Source of the DNA: an uncultured Gemmatimonadales bacterium
GTDB lineage: Bacteria > Gemmatimonadota > Gemmatimonadetes > Gemmatimonadales > GWC2-71-9
Assembly (NCBI GenBank): GCA_963771275.1
Contig: CAVYSW010000009.1
Span: 1-64,000, forward strand
Direction of reading: 5' to 3'
Length of the DNA: 64,000 bases
Shown here: in pieces, positions 22,704-33,800 of the stretch
Layout: each line of letters begins with the position of its first letter
How positions within the stretch are numbered: position 1 is the stretch's first letter
Made by a program: the position numbers and the translations under genes
The notes under the pieces: model-generated
Databases searched by the model: none
What the model was told of the DNA's origin: nothing
The model's input: the letters and a program-made list of their open reading frames with translations, nothing else

Positions 22704-22991
22704 ATGGGACGGCGCGTATCTGAGCCCACTCCCGTCCAGGTGTACCTCGGGGCCGAGGATCGTGGCCGCCTCGAAGCCCTAGCCGACCGGCTGGACCTCA
22801 CGCGGTCGGACGTGCTGCGCCGCGCGTTGGCCGCCCTGGAACGCGAAGTCACCGACCCCACGCGTCACCCGGTGCTCCGGGTGATCGGCATCGCCGGGGG
22901 CGCTCCCGCCGACGACCGCGACTTAGGCTACTCGCCGGCCGTCGAGCACGACCGCTTCCTGGCGGACGCCGAAAAGGCGCGGGGCCGGTGA
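22704..22991 (+). CDS. CopG/RHH protein (antitoxin-like, no toxin downstream)
   Basis: VQVYL...LTRSDVLRRAL...AVEHDRFL; GAGGAG RBS; AT-rich upstream region. Confidence 0.7.
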   Translation: MGRRVSEPTPVQVYLGAEDRGRLEALADRLDLTRSDVLRRALAALEREVTDPTRHPVLRVIGIAGGAPADDRDLGYSPAVEHDRFLADAEKARGR

Positions 22992-23143
22992 CGACCAACG
23001 CTCGCGTTCCTCCGCGCCGCCCGCCACCCGCCCCCTAGCCCGCCCGCTCCATCGCCCCCGCGCCCGATCCGGCAGCCCCGACCCCCGCTTGCGCCGGAGG
23101 TTGGAGCATCTCAATTTCCCTCTCCCCCAGCATCGAGGCTCTC

Positions 23144-23698
23144 ATGTCGCGGTCGTCGAGCATCCCGCTCCTGCTGTCGCTCTGCATTCTGCCTTCCGCC
23201 TTTGTGACGCCCCTGTCCGCGCAGGCCGCGCCGGCCGCCGACAACGCGTCGGTCGCCGCGGTCGGCATGTTCTGGCAGCAGCTCGCCGGCTACATCCTCC
23301 AGTCCGCGAAGGACATGCCGGAAGAGAAATACGGCTACCGGCCCACTCCCGACGTCCGCACGTTCGGCCAGATCGTCGGCCACGTGGCCGGCGCGCAGCG
23401 GATGATCTGCGCGGTGGCGCTCGGCGAGCAGCCGTCGGGCGAGGACGAGATCGAGAAGAGCGTGACGACGAAGGCCGGACTGATCGCGGCGATGGAAGCC
23501 TCCAACGAGTACTGCAAGCGTGCCTACGCCCAGCCCGACGCCGCCACGCGCGCCCCCGCCGAGCTGTTCCGCATGAAGATGACCCGGTTCCACGCCCTCA
23601 CGCTGAACGCCACGCACGACGGCGAGCACTACGGCAACATCGTGACGTACTTGAGGATCAACGGGATCGTGCCGCCGTCGAGCCGCGGCGGGATGTAG
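23144..23698 (+). CDS. Secreted DinB-family protein
   Basis: MPEEKYGYRP...RTFGQIVGH...HDGEHYGN. Confidence 0.88.
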   Translation: MSRSSSIPLLLSLCILPSAFVTPLSAQAAPAADNASVAAVGMFWQQLAGYILQSAKDMPEEKYGYRPTPDVRTFGQIVGHVAGAQRMICAVALGEQPSGEDEIEKSVTTKAGLIAAMEASNEYCKRAYAQPDAATRAPAELFRMKMTRFHALTLNATHDGEHYGNIVTYLRINGIVPPSSRGGM

Positions 23699-23768
23699 CG
23701 CGGCGGGCATCGGACGGAAGCGGACGGCAGGGCGGTCGTCACGAGGCCCCTGCCGTCCGCGGCCGCCG

Positions 23769-25077
23769 CTACCGCCGCAGCAGCACCACCTCCAGGGTCG
23801 CCGGGTCGCGCGTCCCGTTTCCATCGAAGTCCCACGCGTCGAGACCGGTGAACGACCACGCCCCGCCGTCGAGGGCGAACGTGAAGACCCGCGACCCATG
23901 GGGCCACTGCACCCCGGGGCTGGATTCCATGCTCTCTCCCCGAACCAATAGCTGACCGTCGTCGAACAGCAGGTTGCCCGTGTTGGTCCACCCGGGATCG
24001 AACACGATGGTGTACGCGGCGTCGAGCCCCACGGTCATCGTGACCGCCGCGCTGGAGCTCACCAGGTCCACCACGTCGGCCGGATTCGACGCGCTCGTGT
24101 ACCGCCACCGGGCGGCGTTCCACGTGCCCGCCACGTCACCGATGAGCGTACCGGTCGTCTGCGGCTGCACCAGGAGGATGACGTGGGACCAGTCGTCCAC
24201 ATCGTCGCCGTTGAAGTCCGGGCCCGGCTGGTCACCCTCGATCCACACCGCGCCGCCAACGTGCCACAGGCGGACCGCCTGCGTGACGCCCGGATCCCCG
24301 GGCGAAGTGATCAGCGCCTCCCCGTTCACGATCTCCATCGTGCCGACGGTGTTCTCGACGATCTCACCGGGAACCCACCACACGATGGAAAAGTGTCCGT
24401 CCGGCGCTACCGTCATCCGCATCCGCCCGCCCTGCTTCGCCCATGTCGACCGTGCGGCTGAGATCCTCGAGCCAGGTGTACCTCATCAGGGTCGCGTCCC
24501 AGGCACCCTGCATGCCCGCGAGGCTGAAGTCCTCGTTGTCGCCGCGGATCTGCACGTTGCCGTTGGTCCATGGAGTCATGGCCCAGGACGCGGGCTCGGG
24601 CTGCCAGAGACACGCGGCCGGCGGGTAGTTCTGCTCAGGGCGCCAGACGAAGCTGCTGATCCGGTCGGGCTCGGCGGATTGGCCCTGGCCGTTGTCCCGC
24701 ACCCGCCACAGCATCACGACGCCCACAGCAATGTCCGGGTGGTCCGAGCGCGTCACCGGTCCCGACAGCCACGCTTCGTTGCCGCGGACCACCAGGCACT
24801 GGACGTCGATGTGGAGCTGTGCGGGCGTGGTGGTGAAGTGCACTTCGGCCTGTCCGGAGGCGTGACCCGTCGCGTCGAGCGTCGCATGGAACGCGTACAC
24901 GGACCGGCGCATGCCGGACGGGTCCTCCCGGACGACGGAGCCGCCGCCGCTCACCTGGTACACGGGGCGACTGCCCACTGCGGCAAGGAGTGGTCCGTCC
25001 GCGGGAATGGTGGGAACATCGTCGTGGCACGCCGCGGTGCCGGCGGCCAGCAGCAGATATGGCATCATGCGTCTCAT
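23769..25077 (-). CDS. Hypothetical lipoprotein with lipocalin-like repeats, frameshift near 24440
   Basis: Lipobox TAAC; two similar segments GAWDATLMRYT and GTWNAARWRYT; joins ORFs 24364..25134 and 23769..24422. Confidence 0.55.
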
Positions 25078-25422
25078 GGTCTTGCCCCTCCGACACCGGG
25101 AACACGAACGCACCGCCGGCGGCCTGGCGGTCACGGGTGTCGGTGGGGCGTCTGGCGGGGAGGCGCTCGCGCTGGCAACGGTAGGCCGTCACGGCCAACA
25201 GCGGTTCTCGAGCGACCATAAGGTGGGGAGCCGCCGGGGGGAGCGCAACCGAATTCCGGACCGGATCAGTCGGGTTGGAGGCACCGCAGTGCCGCTCGAC
25301 CGCTCGCGCTCACCCCCGCCGAAACATCGGGAACGCCACCCGGGTATATCGGTGGTCCAACCAGCAGGAGGCGACTCCGGAGCACTGGCCGTCCGACCCG
25401 TTAGAAAGCGCAGGACCCCCTC

Positions 25423-26088
25423 ATGCAGGCTCTCGTCTGGGTCGCCCTGGCGGCCGGTCTCCTGGGATCGGCGCACCCAGCCGCCTTCCCGGCATGGACC
25501 CCGGCGTCCGCGGTCGCCGTCCAACCGGCCGACTCGGGCGCGACGCCAGGCCCGGCGCTGCCGGCGTTCGTGGCGGGCGTGGATCAGGGCCCGTTCCTGG
25601 CCGACGCGTCGGCGCCCCAGCGGCCGCGCGCGATCGAGTACGGCAACGGCTACTACACCCGCCTCGCGATCCACCGCTACGCGAGCTACGCCACCCTGCC
25701 GCTGTTCGTGGCGGAGTACTTCATCGGCCGGTCGCTGTACAACAACCCGACGACCAGCTCCCGCTCGCTCCGCTCGGCGCACACCGCGGTGGCCGAAGGG
25801 CTGGGCGGCCTGTTCGCGGTCAACACCGTCACCGGCGTGTGGAACATGTGGGACAGCCGGCACGACCCGGCGGGCCGCGTGCGGCGCTACCTGCACGGCG
25901 GCTTGATGCTGCTCGCCGACGCGGGATTCGTGGCGACCGCCATGATGACGCCGCACCGGCGCGATTTCCGCGGGTCCGGGACCGGCACGCCCAATCCGGC
26001 GGCCGCCAACCTGCACCGCGGGCTCGCGATCTCGTCGATGGGTGTGGCGCTCGGCAGCTACGTGATGATGCTGCTGTGGAGGCACTGA
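25423..26088 (+). CDS. Hypothetical membrane protein with conserved His residues
   Basis: Signal peptide and hydrophobic helices each carrying His (IHRYAS, AHTAV, LHGGL, LHRGL). Confidence 0.7.
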   Translation: MQALVWVALAAGLLGSAHPAAFPAWTPASAVAVQPADSGATPGPALPAFVAGVDQGPFLADASAPQRPRAIEYGNGYYTRLAIHRYASYATLPLFVAEYFIGRSLYNNPTTSSRSLRSAHTAVAEGLGGLFAVNTVTGVWNMWDSRHDPAGRVRRYLHGGLMLLADAGFVATAMMTPHRRDFRGSGTGTPNPAAANLHRGLAISSMGVALGSYVMMLLWRH

Positions 26089-26585
26089 TGGTGGCCGCCG
26101 TCGCCGGCCTGCCGGCCGCCGTGGCGCATTGGGCCAAGGTCTACAACGACCGCAGCAGCCTCAGCACGGCCGTCACCTGGCTCCACCTCGCCGGCGTCCT
26201 GGTGGGCGGCGGCTTCGCCGTCGTCGCCGATCGCGAGGCGCTGCGGCTCACCGCCGGCTCCCAGCCGCCGGACCACTGGTCCCGGGCGCTCGACCAGGTC
26301 CACGGGGTCCACCGCTGGGTCCTCGCGGGCCTCGCGCTGACGTTGGTGACCGGGCTGCTGATGATGCTCGCGGACCTCGACACGTACCTCACGTCGGTGG
26401 TGTTCTGGACCAAGATGGGCCTGATCGCCGTGCTGCTGGGGAACGGCTACGTGCGGCTGCGCGCCGAGCGCGTGCTGCGGAACGGGGTTGCCGCCGGCTG
26501 GCGCCGGCTGCGGCAGAGCTCGGTCGCGAGCCTCGTGCTGTGGTTCGTCGTGCTGCTCGCCGGCACCATGCTCACCACCCTCTGA
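26088..26585 (+). CDS. Four-TM membrane protein (DUF6644/CopD-like)
   Basis: WLHLAG, LVTGLLM, FWTKMGL, SLVLW; start overlaps the previous stop. Confidence 0.7.
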   Translation: MVAAVAGLPAAVAHWAKVYNDRSSLSTAVTWLHLAGVLVGGGFAVVADREALRLTAGSQPPDHWSRALDQVHGVHRWVLAGLALTLVTGLLMMLADLDTYLTSVVFWTKMGLIAVLLGNGYVRLRAERVLRNGVAAGWRRLRQSSVASLVLWFVVLLAGTMLTTL

Positions 26586-26588
26586 CCC

Positions 26589-27110
26589 GTGCGACGCGAC
26601 CATTCCCCTTCCGCGGCGGGGTGCGACGCCTGTCCCCTGGTAGACCGGCGGGCGTTCTTCGCGGACGCGGCCCGCCGCGCCGCCGGGGCGCTGCTGGCGC
26701 TCGGCGCGAGCCCGGCCACGGCCGCCGCGCTCCGGATCGGCGTCGCCCGCGGCGTCCGGCTCACCGGCGACGAGCACGCGTTCCCGATCCCGGCGGGCGA
26801 CGGCGCCACGATCGACGCGCACGAGCAGGTGATCATCGTGCGCTACGAGCAGAAGGCGTACGCGTTCAACCTGTCGTGCCCGCACCAGAACACGGCGCTG
26901 CGCTGGCACGCCGACGACCAGCAGTTCCAGTGCCCCAAGCACCACTCGCGCTACCGGCCGGACGGCGTGTTCATCTCGGGCCGGGCCACGCGGAGCATGG
27001 ACCGGCTCGGCGTGCGGCGCGACGGCGACAGCATCGTGGTGGATCTCGACAAGTTCTACCGGCAGGACAAGAACCCGACGGAGTGGGCGGCGGCGTTCCT
27101 CGCGCTGTAG
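26589..27110 (+). CDS. Tat-exported Rieske [2Fe-2S] protein
   Basis: DRRAFF twin-arginine motif; CPHQ and CPKH Rieske boxes. Confidence 0.88.
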   Translation: MRRDHSPSAAGCDACPLVDRRAFFADAARRAAGALLALGASPATAAALRIGVARGVRLTGDEHAFPIPAGDGATIDAHEQVIIVRYEQKAYAFNLSCPHQNTALRWHADDQQFQCPKHHSRYRPDGVFISGRATRSMDRLGVRRDGDSIVVDLDKFYRQDKNPTEWAAAFLAL

Positions 27111-27135
27111 CGGCCCCGGCGCCGTGGGCGCCGGG

Positions 27136-27756
27136 CTACGGCAGCAGCGGCGCGCCGAGTCGCTCGGCGTAGCGGGCGAGGATCCCGTCCATGTCGGCCG
27201 TGAGGTCCCCGCTCGCGGTCACGGCGGGCCCCACGTGGATTGCCTTGTGCGGGTTGTCGAACGTGACGAGCAGAATCGGCACGCCGGCCCCCTGGGCGAT
27301 GTGATAGAACCCGGTCCGCCACCGCTCCACCGCCTTGCGGGTGCCTTCCGGGGCGATCGCCAGCAGGAACCGCGGCCGCCGGTCGAACTCGCTCACCATC
27401 TGGCGCACGAATCCGTGGGACGAGCGCCGGTCCACCGGCAGCCCGCCCAGCCAGCGGAAGAACCAGCCGAACGGCGGCCGGAACAGCACGTGCTTCCCCA
27501 TCCACGTGAAGCCGAGGCGCAGGGAGAAGGCGGCGGCCAGCGCCACGACGAAATCCCAGTTCGACGTGTGGGGCGCGCCGATCATCACCAGCTTGGGCTC
27601 GTTGGGGAATGCCCCCGTGACGCGCCATCCCAGCGCCGCCAGCACGCCGCGGCCGAGCGCGCGGGTGACCCACGTGCCGCGCCGGGGGATCGCATCACCG
27701 AGCGGCGCGATCGAGGGATCGCGCGGCACCGCGCGGGGCGGATGCGCGGCGGTCAC
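27136..27756 (-). CDS. Lysophospholipid acyltransferase (PlsC family)
   Basis: APHTSNWD and IAPEGTR motifs. Confidence 0.9.
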   Translation of the reverse strand: MTAAHPPRAVPRDPSIAPLGDAIPRRGTWVTRALGRGVLAALGWRVTGAFPNEPKLVMIGAPHTSNWDFVVALAAAFSLRLGFTWMGKHVLFRPPFGWFFRWLGGLPVDRRSSHGFVRQMVSEFDRRPRFLLAIAPEGTRKAVERWRTGFYHIAQGAGVPILLVTFDNPHKAIHVGPAVTASGDLTADMDGILARYAERLGAPLLP

Positions 27757-27888
27757 CGGCGGCCGCCGGGATGGGGCGGGAGGATGGGAATGCGCACCTG
27801 AGGAGTCCGCCGCTAAGGTAGGGTCGGCGGCGCCTCGGGGCCATGCCCGCCCCGGTATCACGCCGCACGGCGGAAGCCGCCGTCCTGG

Positions 27889-30800
27889 TCAGTTGCCGAA
27901 GCGCGCGCGCCAGAAGCCGGCGACCGTCGCGACGCTCCCCTCGGTGATGCGGGCGCCGAGCGTGACGAAGGCGCCGTGCCCGCCGCGGACGGCGAAGTCC
28001 GGGTCGCGCAAGTCGCCGAACCGGTAGCCCGCCGCCACCTCGAGCACGTCGATCAGCCCGACCGCGAGCGACGGCGCGACATCCCACCGCGCGGAGCTGC
28101 TGGTACGCTCGATCAGCAGGCGGCCCTCGGAGCGGAACGTGAGGAACGCGTTGAGCCGCAGCTCGGCCCGGGCGCCGGCGTAATCGGCCCGGGACTCGAG
28201 CCGCTGCAGCGTGCTGTCTTCGTGCTGCCGGTCGGCGGCCGTGCGCCGGATGGCGTAGCGGCCGGCCAGCTCCACCCGGCGGGTCGGCGTCCAGATCAGC
28301 TCCGCCGCGCCAATCAGGCGCTGCTCCTGGCCGAGACTGGTGAGCACGCCCCGATCGAGCGGATTGGTCTCGTCGAGCCACGAGAACTTCGTGAGCACGT
28401 GCACCGCGTCGCTTCGGATCGGGCGGAACGCGACGCCCCAGAGTGACGCCACGCGCCGGCTGTTGCGGCTGCCGGTCGCGAGCGCCTGCTCGGTGCGCAG
28501 CAGCTCCTGGCGGGACAGGATGGCGAGCGAGCGGTTGATCGACACGTCGCCGGCCAGGGTCACCAGCCGCGTGGACAGCCGGTCGCCGTCGCGGTACTCG
28601 CCCCGCCCGGTCACGCGATAGGGCGCGCCCGCCGGCAGCAGCTCGACGCCGCCACTCACCGACCAGTAGTCCTCCTCGTCCTGCAGGAACGGCAGGGCCC
28701 GCACCGGATCACCCGGGTCGGCGCCGCTCACGCCGAAGCGGCGCTCGAACATCGTGTTGACGGTCCAGGCCGACCCGAGCCGGAGCCGGTTGTTGAGGCC
28801 GATCACGGCGGCGTTGTAGCGCGCGCCCGCGCCACCGGCGAGCTGGTACGAGCCCCACGCCTGCGTGCCGAAGCCCAGCTCCGACCGGACGCCGATGTTG
28901 GTGACGCCGTACGACTGGTCGTCGGGCAGCAGCGCGAAGCGGTGCCGCAGCTCGAGGCTCACGTTGTCGGTGAGCTTGAGGCCCGCGCCCGCGCCGATCT
29001 GGTTGGGGCGCACGAGGCTCTCGCTCGCGCCAAGCTGCTGGCGGCCTTCCGCCCACAGCCGGAGGCGCGGGAACGGCGTCCAGCTCAGCTTGCCCTCGAG
29101 CGCGTTGGATCGGTCGCCGTCGGCGCCGTTCTCGAAGCTGTCGAGCGCGTCGGTGGCCTCGACCTGGAAGTGCGCGCCGATCGGCTGCACGACGCCGAGG
29201 CTCGTGCGCCGCCGGCTCACGGCCTGGGACGCGGAGCTGAAGTACTCGTGCTGGGCGCGGAACGTCGTCCCCGTGGCGGCGAACCGGTAGCTGCCACCCG
29301 CCTTGAGCTCCGCGGTGCCGGCACGCAGCGCGATGTTGGACGGGTTGCCGAAGCCGTCGCCGATCTTCATCCAGGCGGCCGAGAGATGCAGCGCGCCCTG
29401 GAACAGATCGGCGGACCCGGTGAGCGACGTCGCGAGGCCGCTCGAGTCGGGCGCATGCGAGTAAGACAGCTCAGCCCCCAGGTCCAGCGCCTTCGTCTTC
29501 AGGAGCCGTACGTCGACGCCGGTCAGGTTGAACGCGCCGGTCGGCTCGTCGGCGTGAATCGCGCTCACGCCCAGCCGCAGCGAGTCGAGCCCACCCAGGC
29601 CGGACCGGGGCAGCGCGCTCACCGACGCGCGCAGCCCGCCCACCAGGCGACTGGCGCCGCCGCCCCGCCCCTCGTACGTCACCACGAGGAAGACGGGGTT
29701 CTCGTTCTCGTCGGCCGCCGGGACGGGGCGCTTGAACAGCAGCGTGCCGGTCTCGTAGTCGATCTGGTAGTCGACGAACCGCACCAGCCCCTGGCGCGTG
29801 ACGACGCGCTGCGGATTCTCGCGATCGCGCGTCTCGACCACGATCTGCTCGCTGGTCGGGATCGCGGCGCCACCGAGCGCGTACGGCCCCGAGACGCCGG
29901 CGCCGCGGATCTGCTCCTGCCGCAGGCTCTGGCTGGTGAGGCTCGCGAACCCGCGCCACGCGACCGGACCCGTGGTGATCTGCGCCATGCCGCCGGACAG
30001 CGCCCGGCGGTAGGCGGCGAGGCTCAGGCCCTGCGCGAACTCGGCGGTGGCCACGTCGCCCACCGTGAGCCAGTCGAAGCCGCGCTCCACGCGGGCCGAC
30101 ACCGCGTAGCGCGACGCGCTGAGCGTGCGCACCGCGCTCGCGTCCCCGAGGATCGGGTATTGCGCCTCGTCGAGCGGATCGTAGTCGCGCCCGAAGTTCT
30201 CGCGGCCGGCGTTGAGCCGCCGCGAGTCGACACTCAGCACCACCGACGTGCGCGCGTCGAGCCGGCCCCGGGCGGTGAGCGCGCCGTAGGCGTCGGGCGC
30301 CGCGCCGACGCCGACCCGCCCAACCGCGGTCACCATGAGGGGACGCGCCGCGGGCAGGGTCTCGAGCGGGCGCTCGTACATCGCGTCACCCGTCCGGAGC
30401 GTGAGCCGGCCCCGCGTCACCACGAACCCCGGCTTCACGTCGACGGTGAGCCAGCCGAGGGAATCGCTCTGGAGCTGGAGGCCGACCGACGAGGGATCGC
30501 TGTCGCCGCCCGACACGTCGGCCCCGTCCACCGTGACGGTGACGTCGGTCGGCGTCACGACCGGCACGCCCCACCGGTCGAGCAGCCGCACCCGGACCGG
30601 CGCGACCGTCTGGCCGTCGGCGGTAAGCTGCAGCGCGCCCGTCGGTCCCACGAGTGTCGCCGGAAGGCCGCTCACGTGCACCGCGATGCTGTCCCAGCGC
30701 TCCTGGTTCCAGGTGTTCCGCAGGGCGACCCGCAGGCGGTGCGGTCCCGGCGTGAGTGGGACGGCGATGAAGTCGTGGATCCCGTCCACCCGGACATCAC

Positions 30801-33800
30801 CACGAGCGAGCACCGTGTCACCGTCGTACAGCGTGACCGGCTGGCCCGGCTCGCCCCGCACGCCAATGAAGACGCGGTCGCGCGCCGTCACCGTCCCGTC
30901 GGTCAGGCCGAAGATCCGCACCGCCGGCCCCATGAGGAACGCGTTGCGCGCGTCCGCATCCCGCTCCGCGTCGGTGCGCAGGGTCGGCACCACGACCGGC
31001 TCGGCCACGACCCGCGCCGCGACCGGCGCCAGGGCAAGTGTGACGGGGCCCGGCGCGTCGCTGGCCTCGCGCGCGACGCCGGTGGCGGGGGTGAGCGAGT
31101 CCACGACCGCGGTCGCGATCCGCCCGGCGCTCTGCCCCGCGATCTCCAACGTCGCGTATGCGGAGTCCGCCGATCCGGTGGTCCAGGCGGTGAGGGCGAG
31201 CCGGGTTCCCGGCGCGAGCGCGGGCAGATCGAGCGGTCCATCCACGGTGGGCACCGGCGCCTCACCCATCACCAGCCGCACGGAATCCACCGGGGCCCCG
31301 AACCGCACGGCCAGGCCCTCGAGCGGGCGATCGCCCGGGTTCGCGATGGTGACCGTGTACTCGGTCACGGGCGGCGCGGGCGGAGGCGCCTCGGCAGGGA
31401 GCACCGTCGCCACACCCCGCACGAACGTGGCGGTCGTGCTCCGGCTCGCGCCCGGCACGAGGCGCATCTCCACCCGACGATTCCGTGCCCGGCCTTGCCG
31501 CGTGGCATTCGAGACGGCGGGCCGGTCCGGCCCGTAGGCCAGCACGGTCAGGCGCGCCGCGTCCACGCCCTGCGACACGAGGTAGTCGGTCACCGTCGTG
31601 GCCCGCTCGAGCGAGAGCCGCAGGTTCAGACTGCGCGGTCCTTCGGAGCTGGTGTGACCCGCGATCTCGACCCGGATCTCCGGACTCGCGTTGAGTAGCG
31701 CGGCGAGCTCGTCGAGGACAGGACGGGAGGCGGCGGTGAGCCGCGACTGGGCCAGCTCGAACGTGACCGGCAGGACCCAGATCGGCACGGCGGGGACGGC
31801 GGCGGTCACCGAGTCCGGCTGGCCCGCCACGGCGGGCTCCGCCGGGGGCTGGGGAACCGTGTCGGCGGCCGCGGCGACGGTGCGCGCCCCGAAGCTCCAC
31901 GTCAGCGGCACCCGCGCGCGCTCCACGCGCGCCGCGCGCGGTACGAGCCGGAACTGCACGATGGGAGTGGTCCAGCCGCCGGCGTCGCGCGTCACGATCT
32001 GGTCGGACGACGCGATGCGGTAGTCCGCCGGCACCGTCGCCGGATCCAGCCGAAAGGCGTGACCGCCGGCCCGGACGTTCTGGAACGAGAACTTGCCGTC
32101 GGCGTCGGTCGTCGCCACTTCGCCATCGTCGGTCCAGACGTCGAGGCCGGCCACGCCCGGCTCGTCGCCGCTCTGCACGCCGTCGCCGTTCCGGTCGAGC
32201 CACGCCTTGCCGATTACGGCCCGGGTCTCGAGCGGCCAGCTGCTGCGCAGGCGGACCCACGCCACCTGCATCGGCGCCGTGACGCCGCCGCCTTCGGCGG
32301 TCGCGTACGCGCGGTTCTCGATCACCTGCTGCTCCGCCGACACGATGGCCACCTGGTAGCGCACCGTGTGGCTGGCGCCGGGGGCGAGCGGCCCGCTCCA
32401 GAAGAACGTGAGCACCCGGCCGTCCACGTGCACCGAGTCCGCGCCCAGCGCGCTCCCCGTGGCGTACCGGCCGCCCTCGGGCAGCGAGTCCACGACGCGG
32501 AGATCGCCGAGCGGGTTGTCGCCGGTGTTCTGGAGCACCAGCGTGTAGGGCACGGTCTCGCCGAGCCCGACCTCGAGCACGTCGGCCGACTTCTGGAGTC
32601 CGAGCTGGTTGGGCAGCAGCCCTACCAGCACGACCGGGGCGGAGAGCGCGGCCGCGGGCGGCGCGTTGGCGGCCGCGACCACCGCGACGTTGCGCACCGT
32701 CACCGTGTCGCGGACCTGGTCGGAGACGCGCACCGTGAGCGCGACGCTCACGGAGTCGCCGGGCGCGACGTCGCCCATCGTCCAGGAGAGGACGCCGCCG
32801 CTCACGGTAGCGGCCGGTGCGGCGGACACGAAGTCGAGGCCGGGCGGCAGCGTGTCGACCAGCGTGACAGCGCGCGCCGGCATCGTGGGCGAGCGGTTCG
32901 CCGCGACGAGCGCGTAGAGCACCTGCTCGCCGATGCGCGCCGTCACGGGGCCCAGCAGGGTGTTCGCGAGGCCGAGCTGCGCGTGCACCACCGTGGTCAC
33001 GGCGGTGTTGGACGTCACCGAGTCGGCGCCGGCGAGCGTGCCGTAGACGGCCCCTGCGCGGTTGGCGATCGGCGTCTGGTCGGCGAGCCCGTTGGCGATC
33101 CGGACCTGGAAGGCGAGGGTGCCGCGCTGCCCACTCGGCAGGTCGCCGAGCGCGAACACCACGCGGTTGCCGGCCGGATCGAACCAGGCGGCGTCGTCCC
33201 CGACCGCATCGGTCAGCGCGGTGCCGCCCCACGTCAGCGACCCCGCGATGTAGGTGGCGCCCGGCGGGATCGGATCGCTGACGACCAGACTCGTTGCCGG
33301 GTTCGTCCCGCTCACGTCGCAGGTGAGCGTGTAGCTCAGCACGTCGCCCGTGGTCGCGGTGGTGCGATCCACCAGCTTGGCGAGCGTCACGAGCACACCC
33401 GCGTCCGGGACCTGCAGCACGTCGAGCACCGCGTCGGCGGCGCCGTCGAACTCGCTCACCGCCGTCACCGTCACCGTGTCGGTCGTCCCGCGGACGGTCG
33501 GGGATCCCGGCACATCCACGGCGGCGAGCACGGACGCGACCGCGCCGGCCGCGAGCGTGAGCCCCTGGATCGCGGGATCCGAGGCGTCGAGCACGCCGTC
33601 GTCGTTGAGGTCGCGGTACAGGGTCACCGCCCAGCCGGTTCGCGACACGGCCGCGAGGCGCAGGCTATCGGTCCCGTTGCCGACGTTCGTGACGGTGTGG
33701 GCGAAGACGACACGGCTGCCGGGGTTGGCCGTCGCGGCGCGCGGCGGCGCCAGGTCGACGCCACCCACCTGGGCCACGGTCACCACCAGCACGTTGGAGC

